From the NCBI GenBank assembly GCA_032718475.1, contig JAUCBJ010007989.1:1-41870 (forward strand): a stretch of 41,870 nt of DNA, written 5' to 3'. Of this stretch, positions 21,039 to 34,700 are shown in pieces; the stretch's first letter is position 1; every line of letters begins with the position of its first letter. The position numbers and the translations under genes were made by a program. Under the pieces are notes generated by a model. The model was not told where the DNA came from, made no database searches, and was given only the letters and a program-made list of their open reading frames with translations. The DNA is from Nemertoderma westbladi. Its lineage: Eukaryota > Animalia > Xenacoelomorpha.

Positions 21039-24000
21039 ATGTCCGACCACCGCGATCCGCGCACATTTATGTTAAGAGGAAGCGCTCCCCTGTTCGACGT
21101 TGAGACAGAGCGCCTCACCTGGGCGTTATGGCGCGACGAGTGGGAGGCCTTCTTCATCACCTCCGGCCTTGAGAACCTCTACGAGGCCGACCCCGCCGCC
21201 CAACCGGATCCCGCCCTCACGGCTGTCCTCCTCTGCGCCACCCAGCGACAGCGACGAGCCACCCTCACGACCGCCTTCACGCGCGCCACCAACGCCGTGG
21301 TCAAGGGACTCGCCCTCACACCGGAGGAGAACTGTAATGCCACAACTGTCATTGATCGCCTGGAGATCCATATTGACGGCCAGAAACTCTCCCGTCGCCA
21401 ACGTCTCCCCGAGGAAACCCCGGAGACATTCCTCGTCCACCTCCACGATCTCGCCACCAAGTGCTGGTATATGTAGCCCTCTCCACTGCGGAGGCGCACC
21501 TTAACGACCGGTTGCTCGACCAGTTCGTGGTGGGGTTTAATGACCGCGAGGTGACGGAGCAACTCCTCTGCCTCGAGAACGGAGCAACCCTCGCCGACGC
21601 TCTCAAGTGGGCCCAGTCCGTCTGGACGGCTTGGAAGGACGCCGCCTCCTTCAACGTCACCACCCCAGCGGCCACCGCATCCAGCAGCATGGCGAGCCAC
21701 CCCGCTCCGACGCCGGGAGGCCGGTGCACCCACAACCGCCGCAACCAGTCGCAACCGCCAACCCTCTGCCCCTAGTGCGGATACAAGCCTCACCCGGCCG
21801 GAAAACGTGCCTGGGAGTGCGAAGGCAACGTGCCGCCACTGCGGAATTGCCGGGCACTACGACTGGATGTGCCCCTCCAACTCCGACGAACCGCGCACCC
21901 ACGCAGCTACCGGTCCCGATGACGACTTCTACACCACGGCAAACTGCGCCGAGGTGTGGTCCATCCTGGCGGGTGCCAAACTGGAAGACGCCCCCATCGT
22001 CTCGGCCATCGAGTCCCTGGAGCCTCTGGAAACCGTCACCGTCGGGTTCCAGGTGACTAAGAACCCGAACTTCGGGATCGCCGCGGCTGATTTCCTACCC
22101 GACTTCGGAGCGAACATCACCGCGCTCCCGCTCCCCATCATCATCCGGACCACCAAACCACCCCCCAAAGCGCCGCGGCTGGCCAACGGGTGCCACTCCG
22201 GGTGGACAGTGATCGGGATCTTCACTGCAACCCTCCAGTGCCCCGCCCTCCACACCGCCTGCACCACGGATGTGTGGGTCATCGATGGGCTGCAACAGCC
22301 GCTACTCTCGAGGAAGGCCTGTTTCCTGCTGGCCATCCTGCAGAGCCCAATCCTCCGTGGCGGCCGCTACTCCGATGGCCCACCTCCGCCCCCCGGCCGC
22401 ACCCCATGGTCCTACCAGGTGGTCGCGCCCCTGCTACCAGCACCTACGGAGGAAGCAACCCCGTCACCAACAACTTCACCGCCCATAACACACACCACCA
22501 ACACCCCAGAGTGGGCCGCCCTACAACAGCGTTTCCCCCGCCCCCTATCGGGGAAATGCCGAGTAATGTCCGGGGGGGGGGGGGGGATATTACAATTAAA
22601 CTCCACCCGGGTGCCCGGCCCACCAACTCCTATGCGAACCACGCCATCCCCATCAACCTCGAGGCCGCCTTCAACCACGAGCTGGATGAGCAGGTCGCTA
22701 TGGGTATCCTCGAGCCTGCCGCGGACGAGCGGAACCCCGGCGAGTGGCTCAGCCCCATTGTGGTGACCAAGAAGAAGGACGCCACCAAGGTGCGGATCAC
22801 AGTGGCGACCTCCGGGAACTTAACAAGGCCACCGTGTGTCCCACCTACTACTCCGCTGCTCCCTTCCAGGTCGTCTCCCCGATCCCAACGTCCGCCCGCG
22901 TCTTCTCAGTGCTCGACGGCCTCAAGGGCTTCCACCAGGTCGGGTTGGACCCCTCCAGTCGCCGACTGACCACCTTCGTGACGCCATGAGGTCGGTTCTG
23001 CTACCGCCGGATGCCGATGGGGTGGCACGGTAGCTCTGATGTCTTCAACGCCCGGATGGATAAAGCCCTCCGAGGAATCCCCAACATCGGGAGGATCGTT
23101 GAAGACATCATCATCAACACGGGCACAGCGGAGGAGCACTCCAAGGCAGTGGCCCGTGTCCTGGCCGCCTGCGACGTCTCGTCGATCTCGATTAACACGG
23201 CCAAGGTCCAGTTTAAACAGGCCGACGTCCGGTTCGGCGGCTACCTGGTCTCCCACAGCCGCTACCGGATCGACCCGGTCCTCTCCGACGACCTCCGCCA
23301 CTTCCCAGTCCCGACGAACCGCCATCAGCTCCGCTCGTTCCTCGGACTCGCTCAGCAGCTCGGGAACTCGACTGCGGAGATAACCCGTCTAGTCGACCCA
23401 CTCCGCTCCCTGAACTCGAACTTTAACTCCTGGGTCTGGCTCCCCCAACACCAGGCTGCGTTCGAGACGACTCGGTCAACTCTGTCGAGTCCGCACTACC
23501 TGTCGGGGTTCCACCCGGACCGCCGAACCGAGCTGCTGACGGACGCCTACAGACTGATCCGGCCTCGGGTTTCTGCTCCGCCAGTGGGACTCTGACGCCA
23601 ACCGTTGGTGCACCATACAGTGCGGTTCGCGCACCCTGGCCACACACGAGGCCAACTGGTCGGGGAGGGTGGAACTGGAGGCCCTCGGCGCTGCGTGGGC
23701 GGCAAACAAGTGCTGCTACTTCCTCGACGGGCTCCACCACTTCGAGCTCGTCACGGACAGCAGCCCGCTGATTCCCATCCTGAACGACTGCCGGTTGGAC
23801 CAGGTCAGCAACGATCGGCTGCTAAAGTTGAAGACGCTGATGTCGCGATTCAATTTTACTGCCAGCCACCAGCGCGGCAGTAAACACGCAATCGCCAATG
23901 CCTTCTCCCACGCCCCTCGGAACTCCCCAACCTCCGACGACATCCTCCTCACCCCGGAGGACGACGCCTATCGGGAGTTTATCGTCTCCACGGCCGTCGC

Positions 24001-25445
24001 CTCGTCCGCCGCCACCCCATCGGTCGAATCTCGGGACGCCCAGCTCGACCAAATCCGGGAGGCTGGGCAGCGCGACCCCATGTACCGCGCACTTCTCGCC
24101 AGGCCGACGTCCAAACACAACATTACCGACGACCAGCTGCAGCCCTACTTCCCGTTCCGCTCGGAGCTGATGGTTCACGACGGCATCATTCTCCATGGGC
24201 CCCAGCTCTACATCCCTGTCGAACTCCGTCCCGAAACGCTCTGGCTACTCCACGCCGCCCACCAGGGACTAACTAAAACTCGGGAGAGGGCGTGTCGCTC
24301 CGTCTGGTGGCCGTCCATACCCAACGATGTGAAGCAGGCGGTGGAGCACTGCCAACCCTGCCAGGCAGCCCTCCCATCGCACCCACCCGAGCCACTCCAG
24401 CGGAACCCGGACGCCACCCGTCCATTTCAACGAGTTCACACTGACATCTTCGACAAGGACGGCACCAACTACCTCGTCGTGACGGACGAGTTCACCGGCT
24501 GGCCCACCCTCTACAAACTCGGCCAGAACTCCACATCGCCGATTATAATAGACTCTGCCTCCCTGCCTCTTCTTGGCCACAGCCGTCCCGACCGTCATCT
24601 GTCCGGACAACGGGCCCCAGCTGGTGTCTGACGCCATCCGGACCTTCCTATCCGACTGGGGTGTCCAACTCGAGCCCTCTACGCCCTACCTTCCCCACAC
24701 CAACGGCCGCACCGAAGCGGCCATCAAGGCACTGAAGAAGTTGGTCCGCAGGGCGCGCCACAACTCCGATGAGATCGCCAAGGGCATCCTGGCCTTCCGT
24801 AACACCTCGCGCTATGGCGGCCGCTCCCCGGCTGAACTTCTATACGGCCATAACGTCCGGGAGGCCCTACCCGTCCACTTCACAGCGGTTGACGCCAAGT
24901 GGCGAAATACCTTCTCGGACCTTGACGCCACATCCGCAAACAACCAGAACCGTATCATGGCTAACTACGACCACCACACTCGTAGCCTCAAGACTATGCC
25001 GGTTGGGACACCAGTCCTCATCCAGGACCCGGCTACTAAACTCTGGACGGGCCAGGGCACCATAGTGGAGGGCCTCCCCAACCACGACTACCTGGTCCGA
25101 CAGACAAGCGGCCGCGTACTCCGCCGGAACCGAGTCCTACTCTGGCAGCGCCACCTCACCCCAGAGTGCGCCACCCCGACCCCACTAGTACTACAACCTG
25201 ACCCCCATCAGCCCGAGCCACTGCTAAAGCCCGCTGCACCGGCAACACCACAACCTTCTTGGGCCGAAGTCGCCACCAGGCCACCGCCACCACCAGGCCA
25301 AGTCGCTACCAGGCCACTGCCACCCCCAGACCCTGTTACCGCATTGCCAACGGAAACCCAGACACGATCTGGGAAAGTGGTAAAACCACCGGCACGTTAC
25401 TCGAATAGCGAGTACGTCAAACCCGCCAGACTAGCCCCGCAATAA
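21039..25445 (+). pseudogene. Frameshifted gag-pol of the Mag-like element
   Basis: Gag (DRLLDQFVVG; CRHCGIAGHYDWMC), degenerate protease (PDFGANIT), RT (WLSPIVVTKK, LDGLKGFHQV, MPMG, VEDII in place of YxDD), RNase H (ELEALGAAWA, VTDSSPL), integrase (HAAH…CQPC, HTDIF, PDNGPQ, NGRTE), split over several frames. Confidence 0.88.
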
Positions 25446-25581
25446 CTATAATACATTAGTATTAAATATACATATTAATACATTAATAATATCATAACTC
25501 CAACCGCACCCCACCCAAGAGGGGGTATGTGTAGTATCGTATAAGATCATACGCCTGACGCCCGCTAGGTGGCGTATATAT

Positions 25582-27211
25582 CTTAAACAAGATTGGGTAG
25601 CCTACACGGGTACAAATGGACTATGTCGCCGATGCGTGGTAGGAGGACATAGAATCAAAGAATGTAGGGAAACACCAATAAAACACGGTGAGGCAGATGG
25701 AAGTAGAAGCCAAACGATGGCGACAAGCACCACGGGAGCGAAGAGAATGGGAATGGTACTACTCGGGGTGGTACCGGTGAGGATAATAGGAGAGAGCGGG
25801 CGGTCAGTCACGACGTTAATGCTGGTCGACAGTGGGGCAGCGTTCACACTAGTGGAAAATTGGGTGGCCGAAGAGATAGGGTTGCAGACGAAGCCAAGCA
25901 AAATGGCAGTAACTACTATCTCGAGTAAGGATGAGGTCTTGGAGATGAGAACGGGACGTTGCGAAATATCAGCGATAGCACCAGGGTGCAATTATGGGGC
26001 GACCATCGACCCCATCCAAATAATAGAATCGATTAATATAAACGCCAGGCGGCCCACAAGGATCGAGGATGAGCAACACCGGTTCCTGGACGAAATTGAT
26101 TTCTCAGTACCTGAACTGGACGTCTCGAAGGTATCTCTCATAGTCGGCATGGACTGCCCAACGGCCCAAGAGAGACCATGGACCATATTCGGAGGGGATA
26201 GAGAGTGAAATCCGATGGCGATTCTTACGCCATTCGGATGGACACTTAGCAGCCCGATCAAGACCAAGATCCCAGTCAGCGTGTCGGAATCCTTAGGGTG
26301 CATGTTCGCGGGCACAATGAGAGAGATGGAGGATGAAGGAGCAGAGGAGCAACTTAAGAGGCTGCTGCGGCAGGACTTCGAGGGATTAAAGGAGACCGGG
26401 GTCGGGACCTCGGTGGAGGGCAAACAGGCGCTGGAGAGTGTGAAGAACTCGATGAAGTGTGAAGGGGGGCGGTATACGATAGGGATGGTGTGGAAACAAC
26501 CAAGGTTACTGCTACCAGACAATAAAGGGATGGTCCTGATGAGGCTTCAAAAACTGAAGCAGACGCTCAGACGGAGCCCCGAGAAGGATGAATACATCCA
26601 TAGAACTACATCCAGGCGGCCCACAAGGATCGAGGATGAGCAATACCGGTTCCTGGACGAAATTGATTTCTCAGTACCTGAACTGGACGTCTCGAAGGTA
26701 TCTCTCATAGTTGACATGGACTGCCCAACGGCCCAAGAGAGACCACGGACCATATTCGGAGGGGATAGAGAGTGAAATCCGATGGCGATTCTTACGCCAT
26801 TCGGATGGACACTTAGCAGCCCGATCAAGACCAAGATCCCAGTCAGCGTGTCGGAATCCTTAGGGTGCATGTTCGTGGGCACAATGAGAGAGATGGAGGA
26901 TGAAGGAGCAGAGGAGCAACTTAAGAGGCTGCTGCGGCAGGACTTCGAGGGATTAAAGGAGACCGGGGTCGGGACCTCGGTGGAGGACAAACAGGCGCTG
27001 GAGAGTGTGAAGAACTCGATGAAGTGTGAAGGGGGGCGGTATACGATAGGGATGGTGTGGAAACAACCAAAGTTACTGCTACCAGACAATAAAGGGATGG
27101 TCCTGATGAGGCTTCAAAAACTGAAGCAGACGCTCAGACGGAGCCCCGAGAAGGATGAATACAACCATAGAACGATTAAGAAATATGTGGATAAAGGGTG
27201 GGCCGTGGAGT
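25582..27211 (+). pseudogene. BEL/Pao fragment (knuckle, protease, start of RT region) with a 567-bp tandem duplication
   Basis: CRRCVVGGHRIKEC, MLVDSGAAFTLV, AILTPFGWTL, GRYTIGMVWK…LPDN; repeat units start at 26045 and 26612. Confidence 0.85.
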
Positions 27212-30200
27212 TGTAGCAGTATCAACAGCACGAATTTATGTAGCTTAATAAAAGTGCAATTAACGCAATTAATCAAAAAGATTTATTTAGTCGTATATTG
27301 ATTAAATGTTATTTTAAATGTATATAAAATCTCTTGGCAAAGATGATATACAGTAAGCACGAAATACCAATGGAATAGTGCAACCAGCTGATACTCATAT
27401 TGCACGCACGTACATTGAGCTTAGGAAGTTTGAATGTCGTTCATGCAATATTAATATCTACTGTATAAATTTGATTAGCTAATTAAATGGATGATCCCAC
27501 ATAAGCCCTACGCACGTACATTGAGCTTAGGAAGTTTGAATGTCGTTCATGCAATATTAATATCTACTGTATAAATTTGATTAGCTAATTAAATGGATGA
27601 TCCCACATAAGCCCTCCACCAGTGTCGACAAGACACGATAACAATATAGAATTATAATTATTAGATAATAGTTAGTTAGTAATTAACGGACAGTTTTTAT
27701 TGGTCGACCGTAACGCGATCTTAATGGTTGGTTCATGAACACATCGTTTTCAAGGAAGGCTGGTTTTAGTCTATCAATGCTGACCGTGTCCCATTTGCCA
27801 TTTACGTCAAGAGTAAAGAACTTGTCCTGTCGGCAGATTACTTTGAAGGGTCCTTCATAAGGACATTGTAGTGGTGAACGGTGAGCATCCCTACGGATGA
27901 AAACAAAGTTAGATGTCCGCAATTCACTTGGTATGAATAACTTTGAATTATAACAATTTGTATGGTGAGAAGTGGACGTGGGTTGCATATTATGCATGCA
28001 ATGTTGTAGGGTACGTAATAATTTATTGGTTTCTGCTCCTTTAGGAGTTTGTGAAGCGGTGAAATATTCTCCTGGTAGTCGTAATGCCGCTCCATAAACC
28101 AGGTCTGCCGCTGAACAACCCAGATCCTCCTCAGGAGCAGCGCGTAATCCCAACATTATGATTGGTATCTCATCATACCAATTGTTGTTGTGCAAACGAG
28201 CTTTTAATGAAGTTTTGAGTTGTCGATGATACCGCTCGACGATACCATTTGACTGGGGGTGGTAGGCCGTAGTTCTATTTCTTGTTGTTCCTAGGAGTTT
28301 ATTGAGATTAAACCAAAGATCTGATTCGAACTGACCCCCTCGATCTCATGCTACTGTATTTGCTACTCCGAATCGAGAGATCCACTGAGACAGCAAAGCC
28401 ATGGCGCAAGTTTCAGTTAAAGAGTTTTCCATTGGAACAGCTTCAGCCCATCTGGTGTATCTGTCTATACAGGTAAATAAATATGTGTATCCTTGTGAAC
28501 ATGGCAATGGACCCACTATGTCGACATGAATATCAGAAAATCGTTGATCTGGAGCGTCGAAGCGATAAATTCCTGAGTTTGTATGTCGATGGATCTTTGA
28601 TTTTTGACATTGTAGGCAAGTTTGCGTCCATGCGGTAATATCACGGTTGATTTTATACCATACAAACCTTGATGTTATTAATTTGCGTGTTGACTTAACA
28701 CCAGGATGGCTAAGGCTGTGGAGTGTTTCAAAAATTGATCGTCGCCAACTTTGAGGCACTAATGGTCTAGCAACTCCAGTCGATATGTCGCATAATACTG
28801 TATGTGTGGAATTTTCTATAGGGGCATCCCAGAGAACTAAATTTGTTATGGCAGTTCTAGAAGCTTGAATTTCGGGATCGATTTCTTGAGCCTCTGCCAA
28901 TAGAGTATAATCGACAGTTGATGACTGTATTGTATTGGTTGATAGTGGAGCTCGGGATAATGAGTCTGCGACTAAATTGTCTTTCCCTGAAATGTGGGTT
29001 ATCTTGCAAGTAAATTTTGATATGAAGGACAATTGGCGTGATTGTCGAGGTAGTAATGTATCACGGCCTGACTTTAATGCAAATGTTAGGGGTTTATGGT
29101 CCGTATAAATGTTAAACCTTCGCCCTTCGACAAAGTACCTAAAGTGTTTAATGCTGAGCACTATTTATTGCAAGTAATTCCTTGTCATACGCACTGTAAC
29201 GCATTTCGGCAGGACGTAATTTTTTTGAAAAGAATGCGACCGGGTGCTATTCTTTATCTATTAATTGTTCCAGTACAGCCCCAACACCAATGTCAGAGGC
29301 ATCGGTCGTAATTGCAGTATCAGCATTAGCTTGTGGGTGGTAGAGCATGGCTGCATTTACTAAAGCTGTTTTCACAATCGTAAATGTTTTGTTGTATGAT
29401 GGGTTCCAGGTGAAATTTTTGGAATTTTGCTTTAAAGCTATATACAAGGGATTTAACACTTCAGATGCATTGGGGATAAATCTGTGGTAATAATTTACCA
29501 TGCCTAAAAACTTCTGTAATTCCTTCGTTGTTGCGGGTGTTGGGTAGTCTTGCACTGCTTGAATGTGCTCTGCTAACGGTGTTATTCCATCTTTACTAAT
29601 ATTATGGCCTAGGAATGTTAAATGTGACTTACCCAAGTCACATTTATCCTTGTTGATGACCAATCCATACTCTGCTAGTCTCTGAAATAGAATTCGAAGG
29701 TGCTGCTTATGTTCTAGACAGTTGCAACTAGCTACAAGTATATCGTCCATATAAACAAATATGAAATCTAAATCCCCGCAAACTCTATGCATAAATCGTT
29801 GAAATGTTTGACCTGCATTGCGGAGGTCATATGGAGTGCGGATGAATTCAAATAACCCAAATGGGGTTGATATGGCAGTTTTTGGTATGTCTTCTTGCGC
29901 AATAGGTATTTGGTGATAAGCACGGACTAGGTCGGTCGATTTTACTGAATATTGTTTTACCTGCTAGGTTCGCCGTGAAGTCTTGAATATGCGGAATTGG
30001 GTATCTATCGGGTACTGTGGCATCATTTAAACGTCTATAGTCCCCACATGGGCGCCATTCACCAGGTTTTTGTTTGGGGGTCATGTGCAACGGTGATGAC
30101 CATTGACTAGATGAAGGGCGTATAATGCCTAGATTACACATCTGTTGGAATTCTTCCTTGGCGACTGAAAGTTTCTCTGGTGATAGGCGTCTTGGTTTGC

Positions 30201-31125
30201 TGTGAATGGGTGCTCCTACAGTCTCTATGTGGTGTTCAACGTCATGTCTTAGCTTTGATTCACGAAATGTCATTTCTGTTAATGAAGGGAATTCTAAGAG
30301 TAATTCATTGAATTCATTAGAATCGCAGATGAAGCTTAACCCAGGTGCCTTTATCGAATGCGATATTTTACCGGGAACGTGGGTGTAAGTCTTTGCATCT
30401 ATGAGGCTAGAATGTCTCAAATCGATGAGCAGTCCGAAATTACTAAAAAAATCTGCGCCCAATATTGGTTGTGACACATTGGCGATAACAAATTTCCAAG
30501 TAAATCGTTGCGGTAACCCTAAATTGAGTGTTAGGGTTTTGTTGCCATATGTATCAATGGTTGTTCCATTAGCAGCAACAAGTTGTGGTGTAGAGGTATC
30601 CTCTTTGGTGAGTAGTTTATCGGCATATTTTGCAGGTAGGACACTAACGGCCGAACCAGAGTCTACAAGAAACCTGTATCCTGATCGCTTATCTATTACG
30701 TAGAACAAGCGGCTGCATCGGCCAGCAGACGTTGCCGCATTTATTTGCTGCTGGCCCTCGCGTTTCCCTGTATATTCGGGAGTGCATGGAGGTGTGCAGT
30801 TTTTGGCGTTTTTCCCAAATCGCTGATGATACCAACAATATTCTGGTTGACGCGCGTTATTATTGGTCCTTGTGAACATCCTTGGTTTCTGTCCAGGTGG
30901 CCCTGTCCATGAAGTTGGCCTACTAAACGTGGCGTTTAAATTTGTGGTCGCTTGTTCGTTTCTGCCAATGTCGTAGTCGGTTGAGGAGACTGAATCTTGA
31001 TGGGGGTTTGACACAGTGCACCCATCAATAATATCGTCAGCTATTAAGGCAAGTTCACCAAGGGGCATTTTCGAGGCCAATAATACTAATCACATATCTT
31101 TCGGTAGTCGATTGAGAAAGAGCTC
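27212..31125 (-). mobile_element. 5'-truncated Ty3/Gypsy element, CsRN1/Kabuki-like
   Basis: 3' LTR 27212-27607 (TG…CA) with a purine-rich tract upstream on the - strand; Gag CWYH…C…C motif; no 5' LTR. Confidence 0.85.
27683..31125 (-). pseudogene. Disrupted gag(C-term)-pol of the CsRN1-like element
   Basis: FLVDSGS protease; RT ([19 protein letters not shown]); RNase H (TDASD, YTDHKPL); integrase (HSLSH…CLQC, HVDIVGPL, DRGGQF) and PYEGPF module; a 4-bp duplication near 29930 and several stops break the frame. Confidence 0.9.
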
Positions 31126-34100
31126 CGTTGTGTCGGGGGCCCTGGGGGTGTTGGGATTATATTTGTTCGTATTGTTGGTTTGTTTATGTCCTTGCCACGG
31201 TGTGGCCCTACTCCCAGCTGTCTGTGGACTTGTAGTCCCCTGTGTCGCCGCATACGGTAGTGACTGTCTTAATTTTGGTAGTGCATTCGCCGCACTGTGT
31301 CAGGGTTTAGGCCTGTTGTATTCAGCTTTCGGCGCCCTCCCCAAACTGTCCTCGCTGTAGACTGGGTCTGTAATCAATTCTGCCTCATAGTTAAGGAAGT
31401 TCGACATCTCCTCTAGCCCTGGCTCCGCACCTTTCTTCTCCCGGGTGGAGAAGGCGATCCTTCTCCACTTGTTCCTCAGCCAGATCTGTAGTGCCTGCGC
31501 TATTTTAGTGATGTTATTCGATGCGTTGAGTTCGTAAGGTTCATCTAGGGTCTTTAGCACAATCAGCGCCTTTTTGACTTTATTCGCGAAGGTCTTAATG
31601 CTGACAGGGTTATCCTGTAGTCCGCCTGATGTTATTCCCCTTAAGGTTTGTCGGATGATCTTCCCAGGATGCCTGAATTCCCTGTCCAGGGCCCGCCATG
31701 CAGTCGTGAATCCACCTTCGATACTTTGGTACTGCCTCACGATGTCGTATGCTGGCCCCCCTGTGTAAACTTGCAGGTATTTAAGGCACTCTGCCTGCGT
31801 CAAGTTCTTCGTTAGTATTTAATTACTGTACATGCGCCGGAATTGCAGGTATTCCTCCAGCTTACTACCATCGAATTTGAATGGCTCCACTGGCGGTAGC
31901 TCGATCCTGGTCTTTAGCGCGTCAATGAGTGTTGCCATTCCCATCGCTTGTACTTCCAGCACGCTCGATGGTTGTGCTACAGACTCCCTTGCTGTTGGGT
32001 GCGGTTCACCCGTCAGGCCCGCGGACTTTCCTTGTGTTGGATATATCATTGGGGGTAACAGTCCCCTCCATATCTCCGTGTCACACGACTTATCTGGGTC
32101 TGAGGGGTTTGGGGTTTTTGTTATTGGTTGAGTGAATTGCTGATATTGCAATGGGGGAATAATGTCACCCTGCCCCCCCCCCCCCCCCCCCCCACCGGTG
32201 TTATATTTGGTACTGGGGTAGATGTTATCATGTTAGGGCCCATGCACCGATCAGCAATAGCACCCCCCTCCCCTGGGTATATATTATATCCCTGCATGTT
32301 ATAGTCATACTGGTCTGCAGGTACCGGTATAGGCCTATCCACTTCTTGCCTACTGACCGGTATGTATACCGCGACTTCCGGGTTTAATCCCGTTGTCTGC
32401 GCTACCCTATCACCTACACTATCTCTCCCAGCATGGCCTATAGTATGTGCAGTAAGTATGTCCTGCAGTCTGCCTGCATCCTTCCGGACTGAAGTTTAAT
32501 CTTCTCGAGTATTCCAAGAAGTCCCCCCACGGCTACCATATTCTCGATCGGCAGCCATGTTCCGATGGGAAGTTTCTCTTCGATCCCCTCTCCTGTCTTC
32601 ATCCTCGCACCGGTACATTCTGTACCCCTCTCCCGGTGTGTGGTATATCTCACCAGGTTGTGTTTCTCCGGGGCGATGGCAATCCCCCGGAGTACGACCC
32701 CACTGGCTCCCTAACTCCATCTCGGCTACTGATGGTTCACTGTCCATCCTTCTCCTCTGGTTGCTCGTAACAACGCTCCATCGATTCTCCTCACTTCGTC
32801 TCGTTTCAGTGCAGTATTCCTCCTCGTGGGATCTCGCTTCGACCTCCCAGATAAACTCCGCTGTTCTTCTTCCGTCTTCCGACTGGGCTCGACGTTTCCT
32901 CGCTCGCCCGCTCACGGCACCAACGTCTCTCTCTCTGCCCGGTTGGACGGTCCTGGGGATATTTGCAATCCCCCTACTATCCTCTGTCTTTGGGTGCCGC
33001 GGTTCACTTAACTCGCCGCGCGCATTGTCCACTGACGCTTGTGGGACATTTTCTGCCCCCCCCCCCCCCTCTCGCCACTAATCGCTTGTGGTGGGGTGCC
33101 CGTACCCCCCCTCCATCCGTCACCTCTTACATCGCCCCTCGCCCCCCTCTAGTCGACGCACTATCTCTACCCTCGGTGGGTTTATTCACCCCCGCTCCTC
33201 CCTGCGCAACTGCATGGCCTTGCAGGCTCTCATTACTGGGTCCATTCACCCCCGCTCCTCCCTGCGCAACTGTGTGGCCTCGCAGGCTCTCATTGGCCAG
33301 CTCGCTTGTTGCCCCTGTGTTTGTATTAATTGCACCGTCATTAATGATATTATTTTGATTAATTTTAGCTATTTATTATATTATTATTACCTGGGTTATC
33401 GTTTAAATTATTTAAATTATTTTTTTGGCATTATTTACATTATTTACATATATTATTTTGCACATTTAAATTTGGATTATTATTACCGGGTAAAATATTA
33501 TTTCCTGCAAGAAAGGTTTGATTAGGGTTATCTATCACCGTAAAATTAACATTAACTCCCTCTAGCGTATTATTACCCCCCCCCCCCCCCCTACGGTCAC
33601 ACCAGTCCTGGGTCTGTCGTCCGGTACCTGTAAGCGGGGTTTTAACAAAGGTTTCCATTACCTCTGGTTCCTCATAAATACTACCCGAACCAGCCTCGCT
33701 CTCCAATAATCCCATTTTTGCCAGTTCTAACCGGCTCTTCTGCTTCGCTTGATATTGTATTAACCCCCTCAGCCGGGTATGCATATCATCCCACATCCAT
33801 TTGCCCGCTCTCTCTCTCTCTCTCTCTCTCACTATCCTCCCTCATACTCTGGTTGGCCAATTCTGCCTCCCTCGCCTCCCGCTCTCTACGCTCATTCGTT
33901 TCCCTCTCTACCCTCGCTACCTCTCTCGCTTCTCGCTCTTTGCGCTCATTCACTTCTCTTTCAATTCTCTCAGCCTCCCGCACCTTGCGCTCGTTTTCCA
34001 CTCTCGCCTCCCGCTCTTCGCGCTCTTTATGCTCACTCATCTCTCTCTCTCCTCCCGCTTCCTATAGTTTCTCGCCACCCTCTCGGCCCTCTCTTTACAC

Positions 34101-34700
34101 CTCATCTAACTGCCTTTCCAGTTCCTTTTGATCCAGCGCAACAATGTCTAGTTGACACGCCAGATCTATCTCTAACACCCGTCTTGCTTTCACGGAGGAT
34201 GTAGCGGACTTATCAGGTCGCGACGGACTCCCATTGCCTCTCTGTCCTACTAATTTTCCCCCATTTACTGGGGTTCCTACTAACCAACGACACCAAATCC
34301 TCGGGGTTAACCTCGGATTCGCCGTCGTGCGGGTCCACCCATCCTACTAACTTAATTCCCCTGACATCCACTAAGTAAGGCCTTATTTACACTACGTCTG
34401 GTTCCATTACCTTGGACCGCCACAATTCAAACAGTTCTGTGGCGACACCCCTCGCTCTCTCACTCGCCAGTTCTCCCTGTCCGAAACGGACTAAGTAACA
34501 AAAATGTTTGTTAGACTCACCTAGCCTCTGGTATAGTTTAGGCTGGTCTACCTTTCTCCCCTCATTAGCGTCCTTTAGTAGCTTCTTTGTGGCGTTGTAC
34601 GCCCATCGCAGGCGATCACTCGTCCCGACGTCCTCCTCGTTGACTCTACCTTCCCTCCTCATCCGGAGTCGTAACGGCGGCCCCACCGTCGCCCACCCAA
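31126..34700 (-). pseudogene. Decayed BEL/Pao gag (N-terminal, coiled-coil and capsid-like regions)
   Basis: ELPPVEPFKFDGSKLEEYLQF…LKYLQVYTGGPA…AWRALDREF; Glu/Arg-rich segment at 33790-34040; many stops and frameshifts; LTR not identified. Confidence 0.75.

Larger units (their letters stand above)
20765..25581 (+). mobile_element. Defective Ty3/Gypsy LTR retrotransposon, Mag-like
   Basis: 5' LTR 20765-20961 (TG…CA); PBS TGGCGCAGT 20962-20970; GC-rich gag-PR-RT-RH-IN; PPT AAGAGGGGG 25517-25525; 3' LTR starts at 25528 and is cut after ~54 bp. Confidence 0.88.

Noticed and set aside
22572-22586. Long G/C homopolymers (also near 54, 1510, 32174, 33056, 33576, 40644) as programmed frameshift sites
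   Set aside because: They occur in coding and non-coding DNA alike, and run length is unreliable in assemblies; slippage or sequencing error is simpler.
21100-25085. Many overlapping ORFs on both strands
   Set aside because: Expected by-product of the GC-rich Mag-like element; only the gag-pol segments carry recognisable motifs.
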